Assembly: GCA_964016885.1 (NCBI GenBank)
Contig: OZ024742.1
Span: 267,592,001 to 267,656,000 of the forward strand
Reading direction: 5' to 3'
DNA: 64,000 nt
DNA from: Eledone cirrhosa
Taxonomy: Eukaryota
The notes beneath the pieces were generated by a model. The model did not search any database and was not told the DNA's origin. It worked only from the letters and a program-made list of their open reading frames with translations. Positions 59,008 through 64,000 of the stretch are shown in pieces. The position numbers and the translations under genes are program-made. Position 1 is the first letter of the stretch. Each line of letters opens with the position of its first letter.

Positions 59008-59215
59008 GGGGATTCCTTTCTTTGTTTCTGTGCCTTTCCTTTCTTGTGTCCTACGCCATTTTGTTTCTGTGTGTGTGTTGTGTGCTCAGTTTGCGCATGC
59101 GCCACATCCGGGTGTCTGTGTGTGTTTGTGTTCATTTATCTATTTGTTTATTTATTTATTTACATGTTGTTGGTTGGTTGTTTGTTCTATGTGTGTGTGT
59201 GTTTTCATTTTGTCC

Positions 59216-61260
59216 TTAATTGTAAGTTGTGATGTTGCTGTTCCACTCATATTTTCTATTTAATTTTGGTTGTAATTCTTTTATGTTTACTGCCTCTGTA
59301 ATTTGTCTAAACATTGCATCTTTTCTGTGTGTAGATTCTATTTTTATTTCTATGTTCTCTAATTTACCCTTGTGTTCTATCTTAGCATGTTGGTAGAGTA
59401 CAGATGATTCTTTATTATCTTGAAGGTCTCGCCAGTGTTCATTTATCCGTTCCCCTATACTACGAGCTGTCTCACCTATGTACACTCTATTTTTGTTTCT
59501 ACATTGTCCTTCAGTACATCTTATGCTATACACTACATTTCTAGTTTTACAGTTAATATGGGGGGCTTATTTTACAGGTTATACATTTCTTATCTATACA
59601 TGAGGGTCTTTGGAACGGGTATGTCTTGCTAATAAGTGTTCTTACGGAGGTACCTGGTCTTTCTACTATCTTAATATTGAGTTTATGTTTATTTAGGGCC
59701 CTTCTAAATTTGTAGGCTAGTTCGCCTCTAGGGGTTGTACCGATTAACATTACACTCTGGAATTTGTTGCTATCATACCATAGGTTTATTCTATTGGCCT
59801 TGTTCCTAGTTCTTTCTATTCTATTCCAAAATTTGCTCCTATTTATGTCATTATTTACCATTTTTTCCCATTTGGTTCTGGCTCCACTATACACTCTGAT
59901 TCTATCTCTCTGATTGTAGCCAGAGAACTGCATACGGTGGATGAAGTGTTGTATGTGTCTCTCTAGTTCTTCGGGGTTGCACATGCGGGACACATTTCTC
60001 ATCACCCGTACCAAATCCGCAATCAGTATGTTGATTTTGGTATGGTCCGAAATGGCCGAGTTTCGGTGGATCAGATGTTTGGAAGTCATAGGTTTGGCAT
60101 AATGGGAATGGAGGATTTGTTTTTGGTTGTTAATGGTATCTAACCAGAGCTCTGTGTCTAGTACAGGTAATCGATGGTTGGGGTGTCTACTTGGGTAGTC
60201 TATAGTAACTCTAATGCTCTGGTGGATGGAGTTTGCTATTTGCTGGATGCTTTCCATTGTATTTTTCTCTAGTTCCTGACTGTTCTGTAGTGGGGGTGTC
60301 TTAACTACGATGTTTATATCATCTACGTAGCGGGAGTACATTATCAGGGTTAAGCTGTCTTCTAATTGTTCTTTAAGTTTAAGTTTAAGTCTACTGTCCC
60401 ACCATACCATGAATAAGTTAGCTATTTCGCCTGCAATGCTAACACCAATGGCTGCTCCTTCCTCTTGGGCATATGTTTTTCCATTAAATTTGAACATATG
60501 TTCCTTAAGGGTTAATTTTATGCTGGCCCCTACCGCATGTGCAATCATTTTCTTCAGTTCAACGTGGTTTTCGGGTGTCCGTATGGCTATGGTCCACCCG
60601 TTCCATCTATCTGTGTGGGTTTTCTTGGCCATTGAGGTAATGGTAGGTACTCTCCCTCTTGTTAGTCTAGTAGGGCACAGGTTGCTAAGGTCATAAGTTT
60701 CTAGGTAACTATTACTTTGGGTAAGCTTAAGTAGAAGTCCCAGCTCACTGGTATCAATCCCACGGAACTCAACCTGGCTCTCGCTGATCATTTCTACGCA
60801 TTTCTCCACAGCAAAATCCACGTCAATAGATGGATACAGGGACACAACATCCATACTGCCTATTATGCAGTTTGTTAGGTCCCCAGATCGGTTACTCACG
60901 CCGTTTCTGCTGAGGAGGTCCTCCGTGCTGTCACATACTTCTGGGGACATCTCAATGATGGGGCGTATGATCAGGGAGAGGAAGTAGGAAAGTCTGTAGT
61001 TACTAGCAATGTTAGCTCCACAGACTGGCCGTGTTGGTGGTCCCGCGACAGGGTCACAGCCCGTTTTATGGTCTTTTCGAAGCCCATACAACGCCGTCAC
61101 GTCATTGTTCCAAGCCTGGAAGTTGTTGGCAGTCCTTTTGTTGGGGTGCATTATATTCGTCCACATCACCATATGGGCATTGAGGGCTTTTTCTCTATCC
61201 TCATGCTCCTGTGGTGTTACCTCTCTTGTGTTAGTGATGTGGGGTTGCATTGCCTGGATG
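59216..61260 (-). mobile_element. 5'-truncated PLE: RT plus C-terminal GIY-YIG, with one frameshift
   Basis: [46 protein letters not shown]; CIDKKCITC linker; VVYSIRC..VYIGETARSIGERINEH..QITEAVNI..LNRKYEW. The N-terminal part of the listed ORF is microsatellite. Confidence 0.92.
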
Positions 61261-61552
61261 TATATATATACACACTCACACACGTATACGTACACACATC
61301 TATATATATATATATATATACACATATATACACATATATATATATATACACATATATATATACATATATATATATATATACACAAACACACACAAATATA
61401 TATATATATATATATACATACATATATATATATACATACATACATATATATATATACATACATATATATATATACACATACACACATACATACAAATATA
61501 CACACATACACACACACATATATAAACATATATACATACATATATACATACA

Positions 61553-61584
<32 letters not shown>

Positions 61585-62050
61585 CATATATAAACATATA
61601 TACATACATATATACATACATATATATATATATACATATATATATATACATATATACATATATATACATATATATACATATATATATATACATATACATA
61701 TATATATATATATACACATATATACATATATATATACACACATACACATGCACACATACACACATACACATATATATATATACATACATATATACATATA
61801 TATATATATACATATATATATACATATATACATATATATACGCATATATACACACACACATATATAAACATGTACATACATATATATATATATACACATA
61901 TACATACACAGATATATGCATATATATATACGCATATATACATACACATATACGCACATATACACACATATATACATATATATATACACGCATACACACA
62001 TACACACACACATATATATATATACACACTCACACACATATATATATATA

Positions 62051-64000
62051 TAACTTTGAATAACTTTGAAATGTTTTGGCCAGTATTGGCCCAGGCCATG
62101 TCTAACTTAATAGCACCACCTGGCGAAGTCTTTCAATTCAGGATTTGGGCACCATGGCCCATTCGAGAAGAGAATTACTGTTTGCGGAGACATATCCGGG
62201 TGTGGGTGGTTTGTCCGGGATTACTTGGAGGAATTTGTCAAAAGACTTCTTGAATTTTGTGTGGTCAGTTTCTGTTTTGACGTCTCCTGGTGTGATGTTG
62301 AAGAGAGCAGGACCGATTGAGGTGAAATAATTGTGCCGTATTGTTGTTATGAGTTGCGATTTAGATTTTTGAATGGGACGGATAGCACGGGGCCCAAGCC
62401 TTGGGTGTATCTTGAAGGCGATGCCAACATCATTTGGGCAGTGATGATGGAACATTTTCCACATCATGCAGATAATATAACGCTCACGGCGACGTTGGAG
62501 TGAGTAAAGTTTCAGGTTTTCTAATCGACCCCAGTAGTCAAGGTCTGACATGCCATCTATCTTTTTCGTGATTGCCCTTTGAGGAGCTTCAAGTTTCATG
62601 ATACTTTGTTTCGTGTGGGGAGACCACAGTGGACAACAGTATTCAAGGTGTGGTCGGGCGAAAGTAGAGAAGAGAAGGATAATGGTGCGGGAATCTCTCG
62701 ACTGGAAGGTTCTGAGGATCCAGGAACACATTCTGCGGGCCATGTCAACTTTGCTGCTTATATGCGTGGTCCAGCTTATGTTGCTGTCCACGGTTACTCC
62801 CAAGTCTCTGATGTTGTTAGATGCCACGAGAGTTTCCCCGGAGGGAAGGGAGTACGGGAGTTTCAGAGCATCCTCTTTTCCAAAGTGGATCAGTTCGAAT
62901 TTGTCTTCGTTCAGTAACATGTTGTTCTTTTCTGCCCAATGGGTAACAGCCAGTAGGTCTGACTGAAGGCTTATCCGGTCATCCACGCCATTGATGACCT
63001 TTTGGAGCTTGGAATCATCAGCGAAAATTTTAATGTTGCTGTGTTTGATGATGTCAGTGATGTCATTAATATAGATGATGAAGAGAAGTGGGCCCAACAC
63101 AGTGCCTTGTGGGACCCCACTACTGACTTTGGCTGGGCTTGATTTGACTCCCTCAACTACAACATGTTGGGTTCTGTTTGACAGGAAGCTCTTGATCCAC
63201 TGCAGCAGCTTTCCAGTGACACCAATATTGGACAGCTTTCGCAGTAGAATGTTATGATCAACCCTGGCAAAGGCCTTGCTGAAATCAAGGTAGATAACAT
63301 CAGTGTTGGAACCCTCTCCCAAGGTTCTCAAAATGTCATCAAAGTGATGCAGTAGCTGCGTCAGGCAATCCCTTCCATTACGGAATCCATGCTGGTTGGA
63401 GTTCAGCATATTGTTACTCTCAAGGAAGTGGGTCATTCGCGATCTCACCACTCGCTCAAATACCTTAATGATATGAGAGGTGAGTGAGATTGGACGGTAA
63501 TTCACGGCAAGGGATTTGTTTCCCTTTTTGAAAACTGGGACAACAGACTGGGATAGAAGGTTTTCTGGCACATATCCAGCATCCAGTGAGTTCCGCCACA
63601 GATTGGTAAGAGGAGATGCAAGTTGGTGTTGACACGCCTTCAAGACACAAGCAGGGAACCTATCGGGACCTACTGCTGAATTATGCTTGATTTCCTTTAT
63701 TGCCGCCAAGGCATCAGGGGCGCCAAACGTTATGTCCGATAAGGTGTAATGGGGAGTAACATCGCCGATACAGCCCAGATCGGCCATATCAGGATTGCTG
63801 AAAACAGAGCAGTATTGTTTCTGCAGTATCTCACCCATGGTTTTAGCATTGTCTTGAAGAGTGCCATTTTCATCAATTAGAGGGCCAACAGTAGAGCCAG
63901 TGATTTTGTGTTTTTTTGCAAATGAAAAGAACACTTTGGGATTGAGTTTGATCTTCTCAATGGCCCAGGCCTCTTCAGCTCTTCTCTGATTGTTGATGAG
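62051..64000 (-). mobile_element. CR1-group LINE, RT ORF open to the window edge
   Basis: ORF 62138..63934: NYRPISLTSHIIKVFER, QHGFR, YLDFSKAF, SGVPQGTVLGPLLF, FADD, LYSLQRRRER; (TTCAAAGTTA)2 tail. Confidence 0.93.

Overview
AT-rich, repeat-saturated eukaryotic DNA with no recognisable host gene. The SINE, LINE and microsatellite content suggests an animal, probably an octopod cephalopod (inference). Long (TA)n-type arrays account for most ORFs in the track (poly-YI artefacts). Between them lie truncated non-LTR retrotransposons (L1/Tx1-like x3, R4-like, CR1-group x2, RTE-like), tRNA-derived SINEs, a probable solo LTR, Helitron derivatives, a Chapaev3-like DNA transposon with TIRs and TTA TSD, several fold-back elements, and many Penelope-like element (PLE) pieces. 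The most notable signal is about a dozen hammerhead ribozyme (HHR) motifs from at least seven unrelated sequence families, folded by eye. Most sit in PLE pseudo-LTRs next to (TA)n, and several are in long palindromes that put a motif on each strand. One family has a compensatory U3:A8 core inside a 540-bp palindrome. All folds and family calls are by inspection; none were computed.
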